A stretch of DNA of 64,000 nucleotides, taken from NCBI GenBank assembly GCA_024685635.1, contig JAIKVP010000040.1:67-64066 (forward strand), written 5' to 3'. Source of the DNA: Lachnospiraceae bacterium. Its GTDB lineage: Bacteria; Bacillota; Clostridia; Lachnospirales; Lachnospiraceae. Shown piece by piece: positions 1-8,458 of this stretch (positions are counted from its first letter, which is position 1; every line of letters begins with the position of its first letter). The notes beneath the pieces were generated by a model, which ran no database searches, was not told the origin of the DNA, and worked only from the letters and a program-made list of their open reading frames with translations. The translations under genes and the position numbers were made by a program.

Positions 1-20
1 TTTATCTTCATATTCTCACC

Positions 21-36
21 GTTGCACCGGTGCAAC
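21..36. repeat. 16-bp perfect palindrome GTTGCACCGGTGCAAC, copy 1 of 3
   Basis: Identical copies at 21-36, 4864-4879 and 9649-9664, each followed by TTT. Confidence 0.95.
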
Positions 37-98
37 TTTCTCCTTTCCGGGCATAGCCCTAGCGTTAATAGTTACGTGTGTGATATATATTTGGTGCG

Positions 99-386
99 TT
101 AAAGGTAGTTTTTTCCGAATATTGCCATAAACTCTTCTCGAGTGTGATCTCGTTCAAAAGCTTGCTGACCTATTTGGAATAAACGCTCCTTTAATTCTGT
201 GTTAAGGCCATGTACACCTTTTTTATTGTCTTCGTGGCAAATGTAGCATAATTTGACTTTAAGCCCATATTTCTCGGAATTCTTCCTGTTCGGTCCAAAA
301 AATATATGGTGTACATGGAGCCCTACGGAGCTGTTAGCTCCACAGTTAAAACATTGTTGTGAACCCTCGTCTATGATTGATTTCAT
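99..386 (-). CDS. Phage Zn-binding HNH-like protein
   Basis: CxxC...HHIFFG...LCxxCH...GVH pattern; 95 aa; overlaps the upstream gene stop. Confidence 0.7.
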   Translation of the reverse strand: MKSIIDEGSQQCFNCGANSSVGLHVHHIFFGPNRKNSEKYGLKVKLCYICHEDNKKGVHGLNTELKERLFQIGQQAFERDHTREEFMAIFGKNYL

Positions 387-1699
387 TCGTCCTCCTCGTG
401 CCTGTTCAATCCATATATACTGTATCCATTTGGAAGTTCCTCGACATAAGTTACCAAGAATACTTTATGAGTATCAGCGTATACTATTTCTATTCCTTCG
501 TTAGCTTTCGCCTCTCCTGATTTGGCAATGATAAACTTTTTAATTCCGGCGAAAACGATATCTCCGTATTCTTCATAACTGGCTTTGTAGACCTTATTAT
601 GCAAGTTGTCATACTTTTCGAATTCATCAGATACAACGACAGCTTCAACTTCAATCTCTTTTGGCTCTACTGCCTGTTCCGCTGCCTTGACTTCAACTTG
701 CTGCTTCTCCAACTGAGGTGTGTCGGGTTCTTTTTTGCTTTGTTCTTTTGTTTTATCTTCGTTTGTGGTTTTTACAGTGTTATTTTTTTCGGCTTTATCA
801 CTTTTAGAACCATTTTCTTTTTTTGGTTCTATTTTCTCTGTTGTGACATCGTTTTGAATCGGTTTTGAAGAGTTTTGAAAAGCTTCTCCGTAATAATTCT
901 GCCAAATAGTCTTAAGGGTATCTTCAGGATTAACCATACTATCCGGGATGTTATATTGAGTAACCACAAGTTCTTTAAGCTCTGCTATTGATAATGTGAC
1001 TTTCTTCGAAGGCTGTCTAACATTCAGCACGGTAACATCCTTGTCAGAACCTGCAAGAGTCATCATTAATGTTCCAACTCCGCTTACTCTCGCTCTAGCA
1101 GATCCTACTCCACTTGATGCTAATGCGAACAGCACAGACTCGGGTGTTACTTTGTCGTCATTGGCAAGATTAGTGAACTTAGTTCGCTTATCGTAGAAAT
1201 ATTGATGTAAGAGCTGACCTGCTAGCGTGTCGGGCATATTTGCTTTTTTCTCGAACATTACTTCAATATCTGTGATTTTTTGTTCTTCTTTAATGTCTTT
1301 CTTGATTTCTTGTATCTCTTGACGCGTCATTTCAGGTGGGATTGTTTCTACTATCTCATCAGGGAGAGTAAGAAGTTCTGAAAGTTTGGCTACTCCAAAG
1401 TTCTTCATCTCCGGTTTCAGCTCTATGCCATACCCGTTAATTGAGAACCTGTCATTAATTGCTATGAATCTAGATACTTGATCTTTATGGAGCTGATACT
1501 CTTTTTCCGCAAACTCATAAAGATCTTTATATCCGGATTTATAAAGTACTTCCGTATCTCTTGCTTTTTTAAGTAAATATCCAATTGTTACGAACGCTCC
1601 CGCTGCCTGGTTCATTGCTCCGTCAAGAGCGGTCTTAAATTCCTCGTATGTTTGATATTCCATAAGAACATCGCTGTCTATTGTTTTGACTTCGTCCAT
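383..1699 (-). CDS. Phage protein, DUF3102-like N-terminus, low-complexity K/E-rich C-half
   Basis: 438-aa ORF; N-terminal FVTIGYLLKKARD...YEFAEKEY...SRFIAIN resembles DUF3102-type phage proteins (from recall). Confidence 0.55.
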   Translation of the reverse strand: MDEVKTIDSDVLMEYQTYEEFKTALDGAMNQAAGAFVTIGYLLKKARDTEVLYKSGYKDLYEFAEKEYQLHKDQVSRFIAINDRFSINGYGIELKPEMKNFGVAKLSELLTLPDEIVETIPPEMTRQEIQEIKKDIKEEQKITDIEVMFEKKANMPDTLAGQLLHQYFYDKRTKFTNLANDDKVTPESVLFALASSGVGSARARVSGVGTLMMTLAGSDKDVTVLNVRQPSKKVTLSIAELKELVVTQYNIPDSMVNPEDTLKTIWQNYYGEAFQNSSKPIQNDVTTEKIEPKKENGSKSDKAEKNNTVKTTNEDKTKEQSKKEPDTPQLEKQQVEVKAAEQAVEPKEIEVEAVVVSDEFEKYDNLHNKVYKASYEEYGDIVFAGIKKFIIAKSGEAKANEGIEIVYADTHKVFLVTYVEELPNGYSIYGLNRHEEDE

Positions 1700-3805
1700 T
1701 TACACTACCTCCATTAAGTCATCTTTAAGCACATCGGCCAGAAGTTGACCTGCGAGTTCTCCGGCAGGTATTACTCTCTTGGATTTTTCAAGTTCCTTAA
1801 AGTTGGCCGCTCTTGCTTCTTTTGATTTCTTAGCTGCTGTTCTGTCTTCTTTGTATTGCTTAATATATGATTGCCATTCTTTCAAGAACTCAACAATCTC
1901 GTCAAGGTTGTCATCCTGCCTATCATACATTGTTCTTTTTTGTCTTACCGTTCCACCCGGTTCTACTTCCAATGTATAGTACGGAGCGTTAGGATTATCT
2001 GTTTTTCTGAGGAACAGAATAAGTGTCTCTTCATTTTCTATCCTCTGCATATATCTATCAGAAGCTGCTACACAATGATGTAGCGCTCTTCCTTCTGCTA
2101 CGATATCTCCTACTCCTTCCGGTACAATTATCATGTAGCTATCATTTTGATATGCGTATTTAGAATATTTCTTGTATATCTTTACAACCTTAGGGAACTT
2201 CTTTGCCAATTGGTTAATATACTTCTTGTCTTTTAACTTTTCAAATTCAAGCACAAGGGCGTCATGTCGCTTTTTTAAGTCTTTGGTCTTATATACAATA
2301 GCATCGTTGATATCCATATCTATCTTTTGAGCCATATTGATATAGTCTGCCCATGTATTAAGCGTTTGCTTAATTGTGTCTCCCGACAACTTAGATTGCT
2401 TTTTCAGGTAATTGACTATCTGTTCCGGTGACATGTTCTTAAGTGCGAAGTCGACCATATCAACATGTATATGATGCGTGCTTAACCATTTAAGAGTTTT
2501 ATCTGATATCTTTTTGCTGGTTTCTTTTTCCTGGATTAGCCACTCGAGTACATAGTAGTCTCCGTTTAATTGCTTGATACGGTTAATTCTCTGTTTATCG
2601 AGTCCAAGCATAGGCTGTCTTGTATGGTATATCGGGGCGTGCCAACAACTTCTTTGAGACATTTGATAAGCTAGCTTCTGCAGACCCATCTTTATGACGT
2701 ATTCAATACAACGATCCTTCATCCACATAATGTTGTTATAGTTGAGTTCCCATCCAAGCATAGCAGCATGCTCGACTCCTAAATGTTCGTATGTACTCCC
2801 TTCAAGCAAGTTAGTCGGATACATGTAGGATTTCTTGGTCATCATCGGCCTCATATAACAAGCTTTGGCGTCCCACCATGCTTGATTATCTTCATCGGCA
2901 TAGTAGCTTTGTCCGTAGTAGATCTTATCACCTGTTACCAACCGTACTACTTCTGTTACATTGAAACTCTTGTATACATGCTCATCGGTATGTAAGTTGA
3001 CTGTTAACCTGGCGTCAAAATATCTCAAAACGAGTTTTTCTTCTGTATTGGTATCGCAAAACATCACTCTTTTATTTATTGATATTTCTTTATTGCCTTT
3101 ATATATCGCTTCTTTTCCTGTATCAGGGCATATAACAGGTCTGTTGAGCTTTAATTTGTTTTCAAATTCAGTCCAATCATGAGTATATCCACAACATGTA
3201 CATGCATAGCTTCCTGCTTTTTTAGCATCTATCATTACATCAACATCGATCTTATCTTTGCAGAAATCGTAGAATTCTTTAGGAGCATGCTTAATTTTTA
3301 ACATTTCTTTGTCAATTCGTTCTTGCCTCCTCGCTTGTCGCATGCGATACCTCCTTTGCTCAAAACTATCCTGGCTATCTCGTATCCCTTCCAATCCATC
3401 CGGTCTGCCTTCAAGGACATAATCGAACGCTTCTTGAGACTCTTTGTCTATCGGATACATCGAACAGTTCCAAGACAGATATCCAAGAGGACCATAGCAG
3501 GTAGAAGTAAGCAGTGATTCTACACGCTTATATGTCCATTCTTTTCCTAAGAGATTGATTGCTTTCTTAGGCGTTCGTATATTAAACGCTGCCGGAAGTG
3601 TTCTATGTCTTCCGAAACTGTCAACCGCTGCCCTTCCGATATATGCTCCTCTTATTTCTCGGTCATATATATCAAGAATCAATGTATCTCCGTTCACAAA
3701 TGCAGAATATCCGTATTCGTTTGCTGTCTGTGTTCTCCGGAGCAGTCTCTTGGAAGTGTCTCTCTTATATTTAGGCGGAATAAGATTAACTCCTTTGAGA
3801 TTCAT
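1700..3805 (-). CDS. PcfJ domain-containing phage protein
   Basis: C-terminal EGRALHHCV...ILFLRK...PYYTLEV motif typical of PcfJ-like proteins; internal CxCC/CPxxG Zn knuckle. Confidence 0.8.
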   Translation of the reverse strand: MNLKGVNLIPPKYKRDTSKRLLRRTQTANEYGYSAFVNGDTLILDIYDREIRGAYIGRAAVDSFGRHRTLPAAFNIRTPKKAINLLGKEWTYKRVESLLTSTCYGPLGYLSWNCSMYPIDKESQEAFDYVLEGRPDGLEGIRDSQDSFEQRRYRMRQARRQERIDKEMLKIKHAPKEFYDFCKDKIDVDVMIDAKKAGSYACTCCGYTHDWTEFENKLKLNRPVICPDTGKEAIYKGNKEISINKRVMFCDTNTEEKLVLRYFDARLTVNLHTDEHVYKSFNVTEVVRLVTGDKIYYGQSYYADEDNQAWWDAKACYMRPMMTKKSYMYPTNLLEGSTYEHLGVEHAAMLGWELNYNNIMWMKDRCIEYVIKMGLQKLAYQMSQRSCWHAPIYHTRQPMLGLDKQRINRIKQLNGDYYVLEWLIQEKETSKKISDKTLKWLSTHHIHVDMVDFALKNMSPEQIVNYLKKQSKLSGDTIKQTLNTWADYINMAQKIDMDINDAIVYKTKDLKKRHDALVLEFEKLKDKKYINQLAKKFPKVVKIYKKYSKYAYQNDSYMIIVPEGVGDIVAEGRALHHCVAASDRYMQRIENEETLILFLRKTDNPNAPYYTLEVEPGGTVRQKRTMYDRQDDNLDEIVEFLKEWQSYIKQYKEDRTAAKKSKEARAANFKELEKSKRVIPAGELAGQLLADVLKDDLMEVV

Positions 3806-4389
3806 ACCTCCACCCCCTTATAATCAGTATCGCGATATCCGTAGAACGTTTGTGGTTGATATTTCTTGCCGTCGACCTTAAGGCATCCTATATATCTTAT
3901 TTTTCGATTATCTCGAACTATGAAACATACTATGGTTCCTTGTCCTGTACTTACAAGAGTATCTTTGCCCACTACAACTACTACTCCATCCTCAATGTTA
4001 TTGCTTACCGCCTTCTCGTTTACATAGCGGCGTACTTTATTGCCATTGACATTTTGCAGATTAACCTTAGGATGTTTTAGGATATAGCCCACTTCCTCTA
4101 AGAGATATTCCTTGATAGTCATTGGTTTTTCAGAAAAAGTAATACGAGTACAAGCTATTCTTGAGTCGCGGTCATCCTCATCAATGTCTCCTTCAGCTTC
4201 AACAATGTAAAATTTGTTTTCGTTGTTCCAATTGTAATAATTGAGGCAATCGAACGGATCCGATGCGCAATGAAAGCCTGTCTCTGCAGTTTTGGAACGC
4301 TTTTCTTCATAGGTTTTGCCGGGTTCAAACTTGTAGCCTTTGCCGAAGGTGGCGTTATCGTTCCAATTAACAGCCTTATATGCCTTCAT
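3802..4389 (-). CDS. Phage protein, DUF7666-like
   Basis: MKAYKA...GYKFEPGKTYE...GFHC...P.DCLNYY N-terminus common upstream of PcfJ genes (from recall). Confidence 0.6.
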   Translation of the reverse strand: MKAYKAVNWNDNATFGKGYKFEPGKTYEEKRSKTAETGFHCASDPFDCLNYYNWNNENKFYIVEAEGDIDEDDRDSRIACTRITFSEKPMTIKEYLLEEVGYILKHPKVNLQNVNGNKVRRYVNEKAVSNNIEDGVVVVVGKDTLVSTGQGTIVCFIVRDNRKIRYIGCLKVDGKKYQPQTFYGYRDTDYKGVEV

Positions 4390-4921
4390 CGTTAACCGCC
4401 TCCTTAACCTTGTTGATGATTTCTTTCATTTTTTCTTCACCTTCAAGGTAATATGCCGATATAATCTTTCTAAGATCGTCATCAGTTCCACAAGCTACTC
4501 TTGCGTCATACATAGCCTGCTCTATTGTGTGCACTCTCTTGCCTTTCTTGGTTACAGCTTTTGCGAATTCTTCATCGATTAACATCGGACTAACCATCTT
4601 GGCAATATATACGCAAGCTTCCTTCTCTCCATCTCTCAGACTTTGGAATGTTTCAAATTCTACTCTCAGTCTTCCTAGGGCTGCCGTCATTGGTGTAACA
4701 AGCTCCGGAACGATTCCCTCTATGTAATCTTCTGTTTCATCCGCTTCAATACCGTTTTCTTTGGCCAACGCCCTTAACGCTTCAATGTCTCCTTCTTCGA
4801 GTTGCCCTGCCGCTGCCTTGTTGAGTTCTTCGAATCCGTCGAATTCTCCGAACTTTTCAAACAGTTGCACCGGTGCAACTTTCTTGTTTTCAGTTAGTTT
4901 AGTATCTGATTTGTTCGCCAT
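4376..4921 (-). CDS. Phage hypothetical protein (possibly PcfK-like)
   Basis: 181-aa ORF in the packed operon upstream of the PcfJ gene; contains the 16-bp palindrome in frame (KVAPVQL). Confidence 0.6.
   Translation of the reverse strand: MANKSDTKLTENKKVAPVQLFEKFGEFDGFEELNKAAAGQLEEGDIEALRALAKENGIEADETEDYIEGIVPELVTPMTAALGRLRVEFETFQSLRDGEKEACVYIAKMVSPMLIDEEFAKAVTKKGKRVHTIEQAMYDARVACGTDDDLRKIISAYYLEGEEKMKEIINKVKEAVNDEGI
4864..4879. repeat. 16-bp palindrome GTTGCACCGGTGCAAC, copy 2 (18 bp with A/T flanks), inside a CDS
   Basis: Read directly. Confidence 0.95.
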
Positions 4922-4923
4922 TT

Positions 4924-5340
4924 CTATACCTCCTTGATAATTTTATTTAATTCTTTGTCAAAAATATTGATATAACGCACTACACCGACATTATGGGTAT
5001 TAAGATAGCTCGTCAATTCTTGCCATAAGTCATAATCTTTTACATTTTTGCCTTTAGTGGTCTTATAGCCGTTATCCTGCCATTTTAGATACCACTTGGC
5101 TTCGATTGCGGTTTTGATTCCGATATCGTCAATGTAAATTCCTACATCGCAAGGGAACTTTAGACACTTCAATAACTCTAATATCATCTTGAGCTTAGCT
5201 CTATGCGGAGTGTCGTCACATTTGATACTTGTCGTTTTGGAATGGGCGTTACCTCTACTATCTTCGAATACCATCATTCCAGCGCCTCTTGTCTCATCAA
5301 TCACTTTCTCCGCTTTGATGTAAATGTTGATTATATCCAT
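4924..5340 (-). CDS. RNase H-like fold protein, apparently degenerate active site
   Basis: RNase HI-like layout (IYI.., HRAKL, IYIDD, W..NGYKT.KG..VKD.DLWQEL); first Asp and the Glu of the canonical site appear replaced by Lys. Confidence 0.65.
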   Translation of the reverse strand: MDIINIYIKAEKVIDETRGAGMMVFEDSRGNAHSKTTSIKCDDTPHRAKLKMILELLKCLKFPCDVGIYIDDIGIKTAIEAKWYLKWQDNGYKTTKGKNVKDYDLWQELTSYLNTHNVGVVRYINIFDKELNKIIKEV

Positions 5341-5349
5341 AGTTCTCCT

Positions 5350-6066
5350 TTATTCCCTCTTAGGGCACTCGATCATGGTATAACATTGATACTCATGACC
5401 GGTATAACCGTTAGTTCCATTGACCACGCTATCTTGATCTATTATGTAGCCTTTCTTTGGCTTAGGGTCTTTGAGCCACCTTTTAGCTCTTACCTTCCTA
5501 ACCTTCGGTTTAGGTCTGATAAGATTTCTTGAGCAAGTCCACCTTTGTTTTGTTTCTCCTTTGGCTACTGTCTTCTCGGTTTCTTTGACCAAATATTCCG
5601 CAAGTCTTTTATATTGACCGTTGCCGTACAGAGCCTCACTCTTAACCACTCCGCTTTTCCAACAGGCGGTTACTTGTTTGTAAGCGTTAAATCCATCAGG
5701 GTTGTTAATGACCAAATGATGGTGGACTCTCTTGTTCTCATATTCTGTTACCAGCACCCACTTAAGAGGACTCCCTCTTCTCTCATATCTCCCTTTTAGG
5801 TTCCTAATAAACTTCTTGACTTCCTTTATTGCTTCATCTGTAGAAGCAGCTTCCCTATAAGTCAAGGTCAGAAACAAATCTCCATCAGCAAAATTAGCAT
5901 TAAGCAATCTCGTCAACTTACGACGAGCTTGTCTATCGTTGTTATCTCTGATTTCCTCAGGAGTTCTCTTAAGTGTCGGTCCTCTTGACTGAGGACCTGT
6001 TAACCTATCAACAGATTTATAAACTTCTATAGTCTTGCCTGCCACATAAATTGTCTCGTAGTACAT
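5350..6066 (-). CDS. HUH-type rolling-circle replication-associated protein
   Basis: RCR motif I FLTLTY, motif II RVHHHLVI, motif III YLVKE in the correct order. Confidence 0.75.
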   Translation of the reverse strand: MYYETIYVAGKTIEVYKSVDRLTGPQSRGPTLKRTPEEIRDNNDRQARRKLTRLLNANFADGDLFLTLTYREAASTDEAIKEVKKFIRNLKGRYERRGSPLKWVLVTEYENKRVHHHLVINNPDGFNAYKQVTACWKSGVVKSEALYGNGQYKRLAEYLVKETEKTVAKGETKQRWTCSRNLIRPKPKVRKVRAKRWLKDPKPKKGYIIDQDSVVNGTNGYTGHEYQCYTMIECPKRE

Positions 6067-6148
6067 TACCTCACCTCAGATGCTTTAAAGTTAATGTTTA
6101 AATCAAGTCTTAAAAGGCATTTCGCCCTACTTTTTCGAAAAAAACATA

Positions 6149-6177
6149 TTGCAATCAACATCCGGGTATGTTATACT
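6149..6177 (+). promoter_or_regulatory. Sigma-70-type promoter antisense to the early operon
   Basis: TTGCAA-17 bp-TATACT. Confidence 0.55.
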
Positions 6178-6228
6178 ATATATAGTTAGTTAGTGACATT
6201 CGACCTCGATATGTTGATTGTTCGCTTT

Positions 6229-6260
6229 GGAGTCTGATTTATTCAGACTCCTTTTCTTTT
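6229..6260 (+). terminator. Intrinsic terminator closing a short antisense transcript
   Basis: GGAGTCTGA-tttat-TCAGACTCC followed by TTTTCTTTT. Confidence 0.7.
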
Positions 6261-6467
6261 TAATTTGTCCTTATATGTTGCTACATTCGGTCCTACTATA
6301 TCTCTTATCTCTTCAGGTGTTCCGATATCTTCATAAGCTCCTAATTGGTCGGCGATATCTCCGAACATCGTTAAAGGGTCTCCTTCGAGTCTTATATTCA
6401 TACTCGACATTATCAGCCTGTATGTTCCGTTTGGGTTCTTGATTGTTAATCGTTTATTTGATGCCAA
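6243..6467 (-). CDS. Phage hypothetical protein
   Basis: 74-aa ORF overlapping the upstream gene end; ADQLGAYEDIG motif frequent in small phage proteins. Confidence 0.65.
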   Translation of the reverse strand: MASNKRLTIKNPNGTYRLIMSSMNIRLEGDPLTMFGDIADQLGAYEDIGTPEEIRDIVGPNVATYKDKLKRKGV

Positions 6468-6834
6468 GCTCCATCAACTCCTTTTGATATATATGATGAT
6501 ATCTGCATACCTCTTCGACGGATAACTTCATCTCCCAGGATATATCGTTGTAACTCCATCCTGCTTTGTGTAGTGCATCAATCATACCTTTATCTACTTC
6601 TTTTTCTTCAACAGGTTTCTTGACTTTTCTTTTTTTCGTGCGCTGCGCTGTGTCTTTAATAATTTGATCTACTAAATTCGATGCGCAATATTTACACAAA
6701 TGAATACCATTAAGCTCCGTCCATTCTATATCTGTAAGACGGTTATCTTCGTCAAGCTCTATTATTTTAGGTCTGAATGCGTGCTCTTTGATTATTTCTC
6801 CGCACGCGTCACATGTCTTTAATCTTTGGTACAT
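6454..6834 (-). CDS. Phage hypothetical Zn-finger/HTH-like protein (start revised to ATG 6834)
   Basis: RBS AAAGGAGA at 6841-6848; CxxC...CxxC then a C-terminal HTH-like GWSYNDISWEMKLS. Confidence 0.65.
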   Translation of the reverse strand: MYQRLKTCDACGEIIKEHAFRPKIIELDEDNRLTDIEWTELNGIHLCKYCASNLVDQIIKDTAQRTKKRKVKKPVEEKEVDKGMIDALHKAGWSYNDISWEMKLSVEEVCRYHHIYQKELMELGIK

Positions 6835-6850
6835 ATCGCTTCTCCTTTCA

Positions 6851-6954
6851 TCCTCATAATGATGCGCCGATTTTTTGATGTGTCCTACACAATATAATAA
6901 AGAGGTTTTTATAATCACGAATTTTGAAACGGCTTCGGCGCATCATTATGAGGA
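6851..6954. repeat. 20-bp perfect inverted repeat (6851-6870 / 6935-6954), 64-bp spacer
   Basis: TCCTCATAATGATGCGCCGA / TCGGCGCATCATTATGAGGA. Confidence 0.95.
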
Positions 6955-6957
6955 CTC

Positions 6958-7051
6958 TCTCCTCCCTCTAAGATGTGCCGGAGCAAAGTGCCTAGGGGAC
7001 AGCGACCTTTGCTTATGAGCGGGGGTGCCGGCACATCTTAGAGGGAGGAGA
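6958..7051. repeat. 24-bp perfect inverted repeat (6958-6981 / 7028-7051) with an inner 7-bp stem
   Basis: TCTCCTCCCTCTAAGATGTGCCGG / CCGGCACATCTTAGAGGGAGGAGA; inner AGCAAAG (6982-6988) / CTTTGCT (7007-7013). Confidence 0.95.
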
Positions 7052-7057
7052 ACGTGT

Positions 7058-7300
7058 TTATTGCCTCGACTGCCAAACTTCGATATCTTTTTGAAGTTTT
7101 GGCTTGTAAAAATAGATAACTGAACCTTGACCATGCCTCTTAATCACGGATCTTGCATATGAAGCATGAGATAATTCTCTTAACATCTTCTCCGGGTAGC
7201 CTAAAGACACAAGTTCTTTAATGGTAAGCATCTCTTTGCCACCTAATCCCATTCGTTCCATTATTTTATCTACAATCTTATCTATATCTTGATCCGTCAT
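7058..7300 (-). CDS. Small DNA-binding protein, excisionase-like candidate
   Basis: RBS AGGAG before ATG 7300; MLTIKELVSLG..EKMLREL winged-HTH-like pattern; early-operon position. Confidence 0.5.
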   Translation of the reverse strand: MTDQDIDKIVDKIMERMGLGGKEMLTIKELVSLGYPEKMLRELSHASYARSVIKRHGQGSVIYFYKPKLQKDIEVWQSRQ

Positions 7301-7312
7301 GCTACTCACTCC

Positions 7313-7897
7313 TTATTGATAACAAAAATACATACCTTGCTCTATGGTGTATGTTCCGCTGCCTTGCCGGAAGTTGGCTTGGTACAGCACGTTCTCAGGA
7401 AGAACGCTTCCTTCGTTAAGCAAGTCGTATGTAATCTCCATAACTCTCTCACTTGGCTCGTACCTTGATAAGTATGGCACTGTAGCATATTGTCCATGCT
7501 GAAGCACAACCTCTTTTATTGTATTTGGGAATATATGCGACTCTACTCGATTAAGAACGACCGAGCCTACATAAAAAACCGCTTCGTCAGATGTCCAATC
7601 TGCTCCCGCTTCCGCTGCCATCACGTGCGACAAATACCATACATTGTCCGACGAATAAGTATATTTTTGTTTTAGCTGCAGCCTTAACTCGCCTTTATAC
7701 TGTTCGTATTCGGCTAGTATCGATTTGTATTCTTTGTGATTTTCTCCGTGAGCTATAAGTACCTTAAAGAAATTCCATTCCGGTACATACGGACGGGTTA
7801 TAAGAACATTTATCCAACTTATGAATATCCACAAGATGAATAATGCCGAGATAATTGCACATGTGTTAGTCAGTAGTTCGCTTATTTTTCTTTTCAT
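7313..7897 (-). CDS. Membrane-anchored SleB-like (Hydrolase_2) cell wall hydrolase
   Basis: N-terminal TM helix; LSHVMAAEAG...VGSVVLNRV...FPNTIKEVVLQHGQY motif. Confidence 0.85.
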   Translation of the reverse strand: MKRKISELLTNTCAIISALFILWIFISWINVLITRPYVPEWNFFKVLIAHGENHKEYKSILAEYEQYKGELRLQLKQKYTYSSDNVWYLSHVMAAEAGADWTSDEAVFYVGSVVLNRVESHIFPNTIKEVVLQHGQYATVPYLSRYEPSERVMEITYDLLNEGSVLPENVLYQANFRQGSGTYTIEQGMYFCYQ

Positions 7898-8035
7898 TGT
7901 TCGCTCTCCAATCTTCTTATAATTGATGCTATTTCGGCATAGGCGAGTTCAAGAGCTATTAAGGTGTCGCTTACGACGTCTCTTATATTCTCGTTTGCGT
8001 TAATGTAGTCTATTGCAATAGCTCCTTTTAGCAGT

Positions 8036-8087
8036 ATTGATAAATTACTGTCAAGTAATTTATCAATCTGTTAGTATACTAACAGAT
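8036..8087. repeat. Two adjacent palindromes: 14-bp IR (8036-8049/8054-8067) and 22-bp perfect palindrome (8066-8087)
   Basis: ATTGATAAATTACT-gtca-AGTAATTTATCAAT; ATCTGTTAGTATACTAACAGAT. Confidence 0.9.
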
Positions 8088-8312
8088 ATTTACGGTTTTA
8101 TCGTAATCCAAAGGCAAAAAAATAATCTGATTATATGAAACGTTATATACTTCCTCGATTTTTCTCAAGATTGGTATATCCGGATATGATTTTCCACGCT
8201 CATAATTGCTCAGTGTATCTTTGCTTATCCCTATGAGTTTACTTGCTTCATCCTGTGTCAACTGTCTTAATTCTCGTGCGCTTTTAAGCGTCAACATCAT
8301 TTTGTCGTTCAT
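8079..8312 (-). CDS. Cro-like XRE HTH protein
   Basis: LKSARELRQLTQDEASKLIGISKDTLSNYERG HTH_3 pattern; divergent from the repressor. Confidence 0.9.
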   Translation of the reverse strand: MNDKMMLTLKSARELRQLTQDEASKLIGISKDTLSNYERGKSYPDIPILRKIEEVYNVSYNQIIFLPLDYDKTVNIC

Positions 8313-8337
8313 TACATCACCTCCATCTGACTGTTAA

Positions 8338-8366
8338 AGTATAATACGGTTTAGTCGTAATGTCAA
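8338..8366 (-). promoter_or_regulatory. Lytic promoter (cro direction)
   Basis: TTGACA-17 bp-TATACT on the minus strand, overlapping an operator. Confidence 0.85.
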
Positions 8367-8420
8367 CGGTTTTTTCGTATTTTTTTCATTTTATATTGAT
8401 TTTTTTACGGAATAACTGTA
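8345..8420. promoter_or_regulatory. Operator array, consensus TACG-N8-CGTA (8345-8360, 8365-8380, 8405-8420; a fourth at 8091-8106)
   Basis: TACGGTTTAGTCGTAA, AACGGTTTTTTCGTAT, TTACGGAATAACTGTA (reverse orientation), TACGGTTTTATCGTAA. Confidence 0.75.
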
Positions 8421-8424
8421 TTAT
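8396..8424 (+). promoter_or_regulatory. Repressor promoter
   Basis: TTGATT-17 bp-TATTAT upstream of RBS GGAGG. Confidence 0.6.
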
Positions 8425-8458
8425 ATAAGTACAAAAGAACTTTCAGGAGGTGATTTCT

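Noticed and set aside
1-11. Start of another minus-strand phage gene (ATG at 11, MKIK...)
   Set aside because: Only three codons lie inside the window, too little to describe.
6851-6954. Invertible promoter switch bounded by the 20-bp IR
   Set aside because: No properly spaced -35/-10 pair inside the 64-bp spacer and no dedicated invertase nearby.
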